In this document: positions 14,780 through 28,400 of the stretch, one piece after another | How the letters are laid out: each line of letters starts with the position of its first letter | How positions within the stretch are numbered: the stretch's first letter is position 1 | NCBI GenBank assembly: GCA_964016885.1 | Contig: OZ024740.1 | Span: forward strand, 213,466,001-213,530,000 | DNA: 64,000 nt | Source: Eledone cirrhosa | Taxonomy: Eukaryota | Direction: 5' to 3' | The notes under the pieces: model-generated | Seen by the model: only the letters and a program-made list of their open reading frames with translations | Told to the model about the DNA's origin: nothing | Database searches by the model: none | Translations under genes and position numbers: made by a program

Positions 14780-15625
14780 TGGCTGTGAACAAATATACCA
14801 CCATGCATTTTGGGGGAAAAAACCCAACGTTCACATACTCCACAACATTAATTTCAAGAAGTCTTCTTGTGAACGTGACTTGGGCTTTACTGACAACAGC
14901 GATTTGCGTTGGATAAAGCAAATCTCAAAAGTTGTCAAAAAGGCCGAGGGTGTCTTAGCATCAGTCAGTAAAACCTTTGTTAGCCACTCTCCAGCTATCT
15001 ATTTAAGGCTGTATATAGCTATGGCACAACCACACTTGGAATTTGCATCACCAGTGTGGAACCCTATCTTGCTCAGAATATTGACTTCCTGGAAAATGTT
15101 CAGAGACGTGCAACCAAGCCAATACCCTGCATCAGGCATCTACCATACTCTGAACGCCTTGCTTTCCTGGGCATGGATACATTAAAGCAACTGCCAACTG
15201 ACTTCGTAGACACCTACAAAATTATTAACCATCTTGCCAACAACAAGCTTGAGTACCTTTTTGAATTCCATGTGTCTAACACCAGTGGACATGCTTACAA
15301 AATCAGAAAACAGTACAGCTCCCATGACTTCCGGAAACATTTTTTCACGTTCAGAGTTGCTGAAGCATGGAACAAACTACCTGCATCGGGACAATGCATG
15401 CTTCAAAACTACCATGCTTCCTGAAATTTGCTAACACTACACCCGATATTCCTCCTCCATATACACAAATGCATGTGTGTGTGTATATCATGACTCACAC
15501 ACTGTTTAGTTTCCTGGCATTTGTACATTATTCTATGTACTATACATGCACCTTTGATGAGTTGTAGTGCTCCTGAGTAATGTACACAATAATTTTCATT
15601 ATTATTATTATTATTATTATTATTA
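14780..15625 (+). mobile_element. CR1-clade LINE 3' fragment (RT C-terminus, 3' UTR, (TTA)n tail)
   Basis: ERDLG...RPHLEFASPVWNP-like and LENVQRRATK...LPYSERL motifs across frameshifts. Ends in (ATT)n. A second copy lies at 56390-56730. Confidence 0.9.
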
Positions 15626-15628
15626 CAA

Positions 15629-16150
15629 GGGCGGTGGATTGGCAGTATCGGTAGAGGGTCGGACACCATGCCTTGCAACATAGAGTTACGGCCCTTTATG
15701 ATCTGAGTTCAAATCTCGCCGAGGTTAACTTTGCCTTTCATCCTTACGGGGGTCGATAAAATAAAGTACCAGTATTGCACTGGGATAATTGCTGGCCTTG
15801 TGCCAAAAGTAGAAACAATTATTATTATTATTACAGGGCGGTGTTCAAATCTGAGTTCAAATCTCGCCGAGGTTAACTTTGCCTTTCATCTTTACAGGGT
15901 CGATAAAATAAAGTACCAATAATGTACTGGGTAATTGCTGGCCTTGTGCCAAAAGTAGAAACAATTATTACAGGGCGGTGGATTGGCAGTATCAGTAGAG
16001 CATCAGACACCATGTTTCGCGGCATAGAGTTAAGGCCCTTTACGTTATAAGTTCAAATCCTGCCGAGGTTAACTTTGCGGGGTAGGTAAAATAAAGTACC
16101 AGTAATGCACTGGGGAAATTGCTGGCCTTGTGCCAAAAATAGAAACAATT
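15629..16150 (+). mobile_element. Three head-to-tail copies of a tRNA-derived SINE (family B) at 15629-15833, 15836-15970 and 15973-16150
   Basis: Pol III A-box-like TGGCAGTATCGGT and B-box-like GAGTTCAAATC. Central GCCTTTCATCCTTACGGGGGTCGATAAAATAAAGTACCAG resembles the Meta-SINE domain as I recall it. 3' end GGCCTTGTGCCAAAAGTAGAAAC(ATT)n. Confidence 0.85.
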
Positions 16151-16226
16151 AGTATTTTATGTGGCACCTTGGGCCTTTCTACTATAAATTGGTAGAGAGA
16201 AATGGTGAAGAAATCTGTTGCAGATA

Positions 16227-16470
16227 TCATCATCATCACTCTCTAACATCTATTTTTCATGTTTACATAGGTTAGACATGTCAGATGGACATGCCTTGCT
16301 CATACTCTCTGTTTGGAGCTTGGTTTCTATGACTAAATGCCCTTCTAAATGCCAACCACTTTACAGCACGTACTGGGAACATTTTTCGAGGCACCAACTC
16401 CATCACTTTATATGGTAGATTCAGTGATTTTTGTTGTGGAACCAGTACTGTCACCTTATATGGTGGACTG
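16227..16470 (-). mobile_element. RTE-tailed SINE copy (family A) that seeds the 45-bp array
   Basis: (CAT)n tail, then AATGCCCTTCTAAATGCCAACCACTTTACAGCACGTACTGGG.., homologous to 38122-38380, 44790-44990 and 61408-61680. It grades directly into the 45-bp units. Confidence 0.85.
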
Positions 16471-19400
16471 GGTGACTGTTCTAGAACCAGAACTACCACT
16501 TTCTATGGTAGACTGGGTGACTGTTCTAGAACCAGAACTACCACTTTATATGGTGGACTGGGTGACTGTTCTAGAACCAGAACTACCACTTTATATGGTG
16601 AACAGGGTGACTGTTCTAGAACCAGAACTACCACTTTATATGGTGAACTGGGTGACTGTTGTAGAACCAGAACTACCACTTTATATGGTGAACTGGGTGA
16701 CTGTTCTAGAACCAGAACTACCACTTTATATGGTGAACTGGGTGACTGTTCTAGAACCAGAACTACCACTTTATATGGTGAACTGGGTGACTGTTCTAGA
16801 ACCAGAACTACCACTTTATATGGTAGACTGGGTGACTGTTCTAGAACCAGAACTACCACTTTATATGGTGAACTGGGTGACTGTTCTAGAACCAGAACTA
16901 CCACTTTATATGGTAGACTGGGTGACTGTTCTAGAACCAGAATTACCACTTTATATGGTAGACTGGATGACTGTTCTAGAACCAGAACTACCACTTTATA
17001 TGGTGAACTGGGTGACTGTTCTAGAACCAGAACTACCACTTTATATGGTAGACTGGGTGACTGTTCTAGAACCAGAACTACCACTTTATATGGTAGACTG
17101 GGTGACTGTTCTAGAACCAGAACTACCACTTTATATGGTAGACTGGGTGACTGTTCTAGAACCAGAACTACCACTTTATATGGTAGACTGGGTGACTGTT
17201 CTAGAACCAGAACTACCACTTTATATGGTGAACTGGGAGACTGTTCTAGAACCAGAATTACCACTTTCTATGGTAGACTGGGTGACTGTTCTAGAACCAG
17301 AACTACCACTTTATATGGTGAACTGGGTGACTGTTCTAGAACCAGAACTACCACTTTATATGGTAGACTGGGTGACTGTTCTAGAACCAGAACTACCACT
17401 TTATATGGTGGACTGGGTGACTGTTCTAGAACCAGAACTACCACTTTATATGGTGAACGGGGTGACTGTTCTAGAACCAGAACTACCACTTTATATGGTG
17501 AACTGGGTGACTGTTGTAGAACCAGAACTACCACTTTATATGGTGAACTGGGTAACTGTTCTAGAACCAGAACTACCACTTTATATGGTGAACTGGGTGA
17601 CTGTTCTAGAACCAGAACTACCACTTTATATGGTGAACTGGGTGACTGTTCTAGAACCAGAACTACCACTTTATATGGTGAACTGGGTGACTGTTCTAGA
17701 ACCAGAACTACCACTTTATATGGTAGACTGGGTGACTGTTCTAGAACCAGAACTACCACTTTATATGGTGAACTGGGTGACTGTTCTAGAACCAGAACTA
17801 CCACTTTATATGGTGAACTGGGTGACTGTTCTAGAACCAGAACTACCACTTTATATGGTGAACTGGGTGACTGTTCTAGAACCAGAACTACCACTTTATA
17901 TGGTGAACTGGGTGACTGTTCTAGAACCAGAACTACCACTTTATATGGTAGACTGGGTGACTGTTCTAGAACCAGAACTACCACTTTATATGGTGAACTG
18001 GGTGACTGTTCTAGAACCAGAACTACCACTTTATATGGTGAACTGGGTGACTGTTCTAGAACCAGAACTACCACTTTATATGGTGAACTGGGTGACTGTT
18101 CTAGAACCAGAACTACCACTTTATATGGTGAACTGGGTGACTGTTCTAGAACCAGAACTACCACTTTATATGGTGAACTGGGTGACTGTTCTAGAACCAG
18201 AACTACCACTTTATATGGTGAACTGGGTGACTGTTCTAGAACCAGAACTACCACTTTATATGGTGAACTGGGTGACTGTTCTAGAACCAGAACTACCACT
18301 TTATATGGTAGACTGGGTGACTGTTCTAGAACCAGAACTACCACTTTATATGGTGAACTGGATGACTGTTCTAGAACCAGAACTACCACTTTATATGGTG
18401 AACTGGGTGACTGTTCTAGAACCAGAACTACCACTTTATATGGTGAATTAGGTGACTGTTCTAGAACCAGAACTACCACTTTATATGGTAGACTGGGTGA
18501 CTGTTCTAGAACCAGAACTACCACTTTATATGGTAGACTGGGTGACTGTTCTAGAACCAGAACTACCACTTTATATGGTGAACTGGGTGACTGTTCTAGA
18601 ACCAGAACTACCACTTTATATGGTGGACTGGGTGACTGTTCTAGAACCAGAACTACCACTTTATATGGTGAACTGGGTGACTGTTCTAGAACCAGAACTA
18701 CCACTTTATATGGTAGACTGGGTGACTGTTCTAGAACCAGAACTACCACTTTATATGGTGAACTGGGTGACTGTTCTAGAACCAGAACTACCACTTTATA
18801 TGGTAGACTGGGTGACTGTTCTAGAACCAGAATTACCACTTTATATGGTAGACTGGGTGACTGTTCTAGAACCAGAACTACCACTTTATATGGTGAACTG
18901 GGTGACTGTTCTAGAACCAGAACTACCACTTTATATGGTAGACTGGGTGACTGTTCTAGAACCAGAACTACCACTTTATATGGTAGACTGGGTGACTGTT
19001 CTAGAACCAGAACTACCACTTTATATGGTAGACTGGGTGACTGTTCTAGAACCAGAACTACCACTTTATATGGTAGACTGGGTGACTGTTCTAGAACCAG
19101 AACTACCACTTTATATGGTGAACTGGGAGACTGTTCTAGAACCAGAATTACCACTTTCTATGGTAGACTGGGTGACTGTTCTAGAACCAGAACTACCACT
19201 TTATATGGTGAACTGGGTGACTGTTCTAGAACCAGAACTACCACTTTATATGGTAGACTGGGTGACTGTTCTAGAACCAGAACTACCACTTTATATGGTG
19301 GACTGGGTGACTGTTCTAGAACCAGAACTACCACTTTATATGGTGAACGGGGTGACTGTTCTAGAACCAGAACTACCACTTTATATGGTGAACTGGGTGA

Positions 19401-22400
19401 CTGTTGTAGAACCAGAACTACCACTTTATATGGTGAACTGGGTAACTGTTCTAGAACCAGAACTACCACTTTATATGGTGAACTGGGTGACTGTTCTAGA
19501 ACCAGAACTACCACTTTATATGGTGAACTGGGTGACTGTTCTAGAACCAGAACTACCACTTTATATGGTGAACTGGGTGACTGTTCTAGAACCAGAACTA
19601 CCACTTTATATGGTAGACTGGGTGACTGTTCTAGAACCAGAACTACCACTTTATATGGTGAACTGGGTGACTGTTCTAGAACCAGAACTACCACTTTATA
19701 TGGTGAACTGGGTGACTGTTCTAGAACCAGAACTACCACTTTATATGGTGAACTGGGTGACTGTTCTAGAACCAGAACTACCACTTTATATGGTGAACTG
19801 GGTGACTGTTCTAGAACCAGAACTACCACTTTATATGGTAGACTGGGTGACTGTTCTAGAACCAGAACTACCACTTTATATGGTGAACTGGGTGACTGTT
19901 CTAGAACCAGAACTACCACTTTATATGGTGAACTGGGTGACTGTTCTAGAACCAGAACTACCACTTTATATGGTGAACTGGGTGACTGTTCTAGAACCAG
20001 AACTACCACTTTATATGGTGAACTGGGTGACTGTTCTAGAACCAGAACTACCACTTTATATGGTGAACTGGGTGACTGTTCTAGAACCAGAACTACCACT
20101 TTATATGGTGAACTGGGTGACTGTTCTAGAACCAGAACTACCACTTTATATGGTGAACTGGGTGACTGTTCTAGAACCAGAACTACCACTTTATATGGTA
20201 GACTGGGTGACTGTTCTAGAACCAGAACTACCACTTTATATGGTGAACTGGATGACTGTTCTAGAACCAGAACTACCACTTTATATGGTGAACTGGGTGA
20301 CTGTTCTAGAACCAGAACTACCATTTATATGGTGAATTAGGTGACTGTTCTAGAACCAGAACTACCACTTTATATGGTAGACTGGGTGACTGTTCTAGAA
20401 ACAGAACTACCACTTTATATGGTGAACTGGGTGACTGTTCTAGAACCAGAACTACCACTTTATATGGTGAACTGGGTGACTGTTCTAGAACCAGAACTAC
20501 CACTTTATATGGTGGACTGGGTGACTGTTCTAGAACCAGAACTACCACTTTATATGGTGGACTGGGTGACTGTTCTAGAACCAGAACTACCACTTTATAT
20601 GGTGAACAGGGTGACTGTTCTAGAACCAGAACTACCACTTTATATGGTGAACTGGGTGACTGTTCTAGAACCAGAACTACCACTTTATATGGTGAACGGG
20701 GTGACTGTTCTAAAACCAGAACTACCACTTTATATGGTGAACTGGGTGACTGTTCTAGAACCAGAACTACCACTTTATATGATGAACTGGGTGACTGCTC
20801 TAGAACCAGAACTACCACTTTATATGGTGAACTGGGTGACTGTTCTAGAACCAGAACTACCACTTTATATGGTGAACTGGGTGACTGTTCTAGAACCAGA
20901 ACTACCACTTTATATGGTGAACTGGGTGACTGTTCTAGAACCAGAACTACCACTTTATATGGTAGACTGGGTGACTGTTGTAGAACCAGAACTACCACTT
21001 TATATGGTGAACTGGGTGACTGTTCTAGAACCAGAACTACCACTTTATATGGTGAACTGGGTGACTGTTCTAGAACCAGAACTACCACTTTATATGGTAG
21101 ACTGGGTGACTGTTCTAGAACCAGAACTACCACTTTATATGGTGAACTGGGTGACTGTTCTAGAACCAGAACTACCACTTTATATGGTGAACTGGGTGAC
21201 TGTTCTAGAACCAGAACTACCACTTTATATGGTGAACTGGGTGACTGTTCTAGAACCAGAACTACCACTTTATATGGTGAACTGGGTGACTGTTCTAGAA
21301 CCAGAACTACCACTTTATATGGTGAACTGGGTGACTGTTCTAGAACCAGAACTACGACTTTATATGGTGAACTGGGTGACTGTTCTAGAACCAGAACTAC
21401 CACTTTATATGGTAGACTGGGTGACTGTTCTAGAACCAGAACTACCACTTTATATGGTGAACTGGGTGACTGTTCTAGAACCAGAACTACCACTTTATAT
21501 GGTGAACTGGGTGACTGTTCTAGAACCAGAACTACCACTTTATATGGTGAACTGGGTGACTGTTCTAGAACCAGAACTACCACTTTATATGGTAGACTGG
21601 GTGACTGTTCTAGAACCAGAACTACCACTTTATATGGTAGACTGGGTGACTGTTCTAGAACCAGAACTACCACTTTATATGGTGAACTGGGAGACTGTTC
21701 TAGAACCAGAATTACCACTTTCTATGGTAGACTGGGTGACTGTTCTAGAACCAGAACTACCACTTTATATGGTGAACTGGCTGACTGTTCTAGAACCAGA
21801 ACTACCACTTTATATGGTAGACTGGGTGACTGTTCTAGAACCAGAACTACCACTTTATATGGTGGACTGGGTGACTGTTCTAGAACCAGAACTACCACTT
21901 TATATGGTGAACGGGGTGACTGTTCTAGAACCAGAACTACCACTTTATATGGTGAACTGGGTGACTGTTCTAGAACCAGAACTACCACTTTATATGGTGA
22001 ACTGGGTGACTGTTGTAGAACCAGAACTACCACTTTATATGGTGAACTGGGTGACTGTTCTAGAACCAGAACTACCACCTTATATGGTGAACTGGGTGAC
22101 TGTTCTAGAACCAGAACTACCACTTTATATGGTGAACTGGGTGACTGTTCTAGAACCAGAACTACCACTTTATATGGTGAACTGGGTGACTGTTCTAGAA
22201 CCAGAACTACCACTTTATATGGTAGACTGGGTGACTGTTCTAGAACCAGAACTACCACTTTATATGGTGAACTGGGTGACTGTTCTAGAACCAGAACTAC
22301 CACTTTATATGGTGAACTGGGTGACTGTTCTAGAACCAGAACTACCATTTTATATGGTGAATTGGGTGACTGTTCTAGAACCAGAACTACCACTTTATAT

Positions 22401-25400
22401 GGTAGACTGGGTGACTGTTCTAGAACCAGAACTACCACTTTATATGGTGAACTGGGTGACTGTTCTAGAACCAGAACTACCACTTTATATGGTGAACTGG
22501 GTGACTGTTCTAGAACCAGAACTACCACTTTATATGGTGAACTGGGTCACTGTTCTAGAACCAGAACTACCACTTTATATGGTGAACTGGGTGACTGTTC
22601 TAAAACCAGAACTACCACTTTATATGGTGAACTGGGTGACTGTTCTAGAACCAGAACTACCACTTTATATGGTGAACTGGGTGACTGTTCTAGAACCAGA
22701 ACTACCACTTTATATGATGAACTGGGTGACTGTTCTAGAACCAGAACTACCACTTTATATGGTGAACTGGGTGACTGTTCTAGAACCAGAACTACCACTT
22801 TATATGGTGAACTGGGTGACTGTTCTAGAACCAGAACTACCACTTTATATGGTGAACTGGGTGACTGTTCTAGAACCAGAACTACCACTTTATATGGTGA
22901 ACTGGGTGACTGTTCTAGAACCAGAACTACCACTTTATATGATGAACTGGGTGACTGCTCTAGAACCAGAACTACCACTTTATATGGTGAACTGGGTGAC
23001 TGTTCTAGAACCAGAACTACCACTTTATATGGTGAACTGGGTGACTGTTCTAGAACCAGAACTACCACTTTATATGGTGAACTGGGTGACTGTTCTAGAA
23101 CCAGAACTACCACTTTATATGGTAGACTGGGTGACTGTTCTAGAACCAGAACTACCACTTTATATGGTGAACTGGGTGACTGTTCTAGAACCAGAACTAC
23201 CACTTTATATGGTGAACTGAGGTGACTGTTCTAGAACCAGAACTACCACTTTATATGGTGAACTGGGTGACTGTTCTAGAACCAGAACTACCACTTTATA
23301 TGGTAGACTGGGTGACTGTTCTAGAACCAGAACTACCACTTTATATGGTGAACTGGGTGACTGTTCTAGAACCAGAACTACCACTTTATATGGTGAACTG
23401 GGTGACTGTTCTAGAACCAGAACTACCACTTTATATGGTAGACTGGGTGACTGTTCTAGAACCAGAACTACCACTTTATATGGTGAACTGGGTGACTGTT
23501 CTAGAACCAGAACTACCACTTTATATGGTGAACTGGGTGACTGTTCTAGAACCAGAACTACCACTTTATATGGTGAACTGGGTGACTGTTCTAGAACCAG
23601 AACTACCACTTTATATGGTGAACTGGGTGACTGTTCTAGAACCAGAACTACCACTTTATATGGTGAACTGGGTGACTGTTCTAGAACCAGAACTACGACT
23701 TTATATGGTGAACTGGGTGACTGTTCTAGAACCAGAACTACCACTTTATATTGTAGACTGGGTGACTGTTCTAGAACCAGAACTACCACTTTATATGGTG
23801 AACTGGGTGACTGTTCTAGAACCAGAACTACCACTTTATATGGTGAACTGGGTGACTGTTCTAGAACCAGAACTACCACTTTATATGGTGAACTGGGTGA
23901 CTGTTCTAGAACCAGAACTACCACTTTATATGGTAGACTGGATGACTGTTCTAGAACCAGAACTACCACTTTATATGGTAGACTGGGTGACTGTTCTAGA
24001 ACCAGAACTACCACTTTATATGGTGAACTGGGAGACTGTTCTAGAACCAGAATTACCACTTTCTATGGTAGACTGGGTGACTGTTCTAGAACCAGAACTA
24101 CCACTTTATATGGTGAACTGGCTGACTGTTCTAGAACCAGAACTACCACTTTATATGGTAGACTGGGTGACTGTTCTAGAACCAGAACTACCACTTTATA
24201 TGGTGGACTGGGTGACTGTTCTAGAACCAGAACTACCACTTTATATGGTGAACGGGGTGACTGTTCTAGAACCAGAACTACCACTTTATATGGTGAACTG
24301 GGTGACTGTTCTAGAACCAGAACTACCACTTTATATGGTGAACTGGGTGACTGTTGTAGAACCAGAACTACCACTTTATATGGTGAACTGGGTGACTGTT
24401 CTAGAACCAGAACTACCACTTTATATGGTGAACTGGGTGACTGTTCTAGAACCAGAACTACCACTTTATATGGTGAACTGGGTGACTGTTCTAGAACCAG
24501 AACTACCACTTTATATGGTGAACTGGGTGACTGTTCTAGAACCAGAACTACCACTTTATATGGTAGACTGGGTGACTGTTCTAGAACCAGAACTACCACT
24601 TTATATGGTGAACTGGGTGACTGTTCTAGAACCAGAACTACCACTTTATATGGTGAACTGGGTGACTGTTCTAGAACCAGAACTACCACTTTATATGGTG
24701 AATTGGGTGACTGTTCTAGAACCAGAACTACCACTTTATATGGTAGACTGGGTGACTGTTCTAGAACCAGAACTACCACTTTATATGGTGAACTGGGTGA
24801 CTGTTCTAGAACCAGAACTACCACTTTATATGGTGAACTGGGTGACTGTTCTAGAACCAGAACTACCACTTTATATGGTGAACTGGGTGACTGTTCTAGA
24901 ACCAGAACTACCACTTTATATGGTGAACTGGGTGACTGTTCTAAAACCAGAACTACCACTTTATATGGTGAACTGGGTGACTGTTCTAGAACCAGAACTA
25001 CCACTTTATATGGTGAACTGGGTGACTGTTCTAGAACCAGAACTACCACTTTATATGATGAACTGGGTGACTGTTCTAGAACCAGAACTACCACTTTATA
25101 TGGTGAACTGGGTGACTGTTCTAGAACCAGAACTACCACTTTATATGGTGAACTGGGTGACTGTTCTAGAACCAGAACTACCACTTTATATGGTGAACTG
25201 GGTGACTGTTCTAGAACCAGAACTACCACTTTATATGGTGAACTGGGTGACTGTTCTAGAACCAGAACTACCACTTTATATGGTAGACTGGGTGACTGTT
25301 CTAGAACCAGAACTACCACTTTATATGGTGAACTGGGTGACTGTTCTAGAACCAGAACTACCACTTTATATGGTGAACTGAGGTGACTGTTCTAGAACCA

Positions 25401-28400
25401 GAACTACCACTTTATATGGTGAACTGGGTGACTGTTCTAGAACCAGAACTACCACTTTATATAGTAGACTGGGTGACTGTTCTAGAACCAGAACTACCAC
25501 TTTATATGGTGAACTGGGTGACTGTTCTAGAACCAGAACTACCACTTTATATGGTGAACTGGGTGACTGTTCTAGAACCAGAACTACCACTTTATATGGT
25601 GAACTGAGTGACTGTTCTAGAACCAGAACTACCACTTTATATGGTGAACTGGGTGACTGTTCTAGAACCAGAACTACCACTTTATATGGTTAACTGGGTG
25701 ACTGTTCTAGATCCAGAACTACCACTTTATATGGTGAACTGGGTGACTGTTCTAGAACCAGAACTACCACTTTATATGGTGAACTGGCTGACTGTTCTAG
25801 AACCAGAACTACCACTTTATATGGTAGACTGGGTGACTGTTCTAGAACCAGAACTACCACTTTATATGGTGAACTGGGTGACTGTTCTAGAACCAGAACT
25901 ACCACTTTATATGGTGGACTGGGTGACTGTTCTAGAACCAGAACTACCACTTTATATGGTGAACTGGGTGACTGTTCTAGAACCAGAACTACCACTTTAT
26001 ATGGTGAACTGGGTGACTGTTCTAGAACCAGAACTACCACTTTATATGGTAGACTGGGTGACTGTTCTAGAACCAGAACTACCACTTTATATGGTGAACT
26101 GGGTGACTGTTCTAGAACCAGAACTACCACTTTATATGGTGAACTGGGTGACTGTTCTAGAACCAGAACTACCACTTTATATGGTGAACTGGGTGACTGT
26201 TCTAGAACCGGAACTACCACTTTATATGGTGAACTGGGTGACTGTTCTAGAACCAGAACTACCACTTTATATGGTGAACTGGGTGACTGTTCTAGAACCA
26301 GAACTACCACTTTATATGGTAGACTGGGTGACTGTTCTAGAACCAGAACCAGAACTAACACTTTATATGGTGAACTGGGTGACTGTTCTAGAACCAGAAC
26401 TACCACTTTATATGGTGAACTGGGTGACTGTTCTAGAACCAGAACTACCACTTTATATGGTGAACTGGGTGACTGTTCTAGAACCAGAACTACCACTTTA
26501 TATGGTGAACTGGGTGACTGTTCTAGAACCAGAACTACCACTTTACATGGTAGACTGGGTGACTGTTCTAGAACCAGAACTACCACTTTATATGGTGGAC
26601 TGGGTGACTGTTCTAGAACCAGAACTACCACTTTATATGGTGAACAGGGTGACTGTTCTAGAACCAGAACTACCACTTTATATGGTGAACTGGGTGACTG
26701 TTCTAGAACCAGAACTACCACTTTATATGGTGAACTGGGTGACTGTTCTAGAACCAGAACTACCACTTTATATGGTGAACTGGGTGACTGTTCTAGAACC
26801 AGAACTAGCACTTTATATGGTGAACTGGGTGACTGTTGTAGAACCAGAACTACCACTTTATATGGTAAACTGGGTGACTGTTCTAGAACCAGAACTACCA
26901 CTTTATATGGTGAACTGGGTGACTGTTCTAGAACCAGAACTACCACTTTATATGGTGAACTGGGTGACTGTTCTAGAACCAGAACTACCACTTTATATGG
27001 TGAACTGGGTGACTGTTCTAGAACCAGAACTACCACTTTATATGGTGAACTGGGTGACTGTTCTAGAACCAGAACTACCACTTTATATGGTAGACTGGGT
27101 GACTGTTCTAGAACCAGAACTACCACTTTATATGGTGAACTGGGTGACTGTTCTAGAACCAGAACTACCACTTTATATGGTGAACTGGGTGACTGTTCTA
27201 GAACCAGAACTACCACTTTATATGGTGAACTGGGTGACTGTTCTAGAACCAGAACTACCACTTTATATGGTAGACTGGGTGACTGTTCTAGAACCAGAAC
27301 TACCACTTTATATGGTGAACTGGGTGACTGTTCTAGAACCAGAACTACCACTTTATATGGTGAACTGGGTGACTGTTCTAGAACCAGAACTACCACTTTA
27401 TATGGTGAACTGGGTGACTGTTCTAGAACCAGAAACTACCACTTTATATGGTGAATTGGGTGACTGTTCTAGAACCAGAACTACCACTTTATATGGTGAA
27501 CTGGGTGACTGTTCTAGAACCAGAACTACCACTTTATATGGTGAACTGGGTGACTGTTCTAGAACCAGAACTACCACTTTATATGGTAGACTGGGTGACT
27601 GTTCTAGAACCAGAACTACCACTTTATATGGTGAACTGGGTGACTGTTCTAGAATCAGAACTACCACTTTATATGGTGAACTGGGTGACTGTTCTAGAAC
27701 CAGAACTACCACTTTATATGGTGAACTGGGTGACTGTTCTAGAACCAGAACTACCACTTTATATGGTGAACTGGGTGACTGTTCTAGAACCAGAACTACC
27801 ACTTTATATGGTGAATTGGGTGACTGTTCTAGAACCAGAACTACCACTTTATATGGTGAACTGGGTGACTGTTCTAGAACCAGAACTACCACTTTATATG
27901 GTGAACTGGGTGACTGTTCTAGAACCAGAACTACCACTCTATATGGTGAACTGGGTGACTGTTCTAGAACCAGAACTACCACTTTATATGGTGAACTGGG
28001 TGACTGTTCTAGAACCAGAACTACCACTTTATATGGTAGACTGGGTGACTGTTCTAGAACCAGAACTACCATTTTATATGGTGAACTGGATGACTGTTCT
28101 AGAACCAGAACTACCACTTTATATGGTGAACTGGGTGACTGTTCTAGAACCAGAACTACCACTTTATATGGTGAATTAGGTGACTGTTCTAGAACCAGAA
28201 CTACCACTTTATATAGTAGACTGGGTGACTGTTCTAGAACCAGAACTACCACTTTATATGGTGAACTGGGTGACTGTTCTAGAACCAGAACTACCACTTT
28301 ATATGGTGAACTGGGTGACTGTTCTAGAACCAGAACTACCACTTTATATGGTGAACTGAGTGACTGTTCTAGAACCAGAACTACCACTTTATATGGTGAA

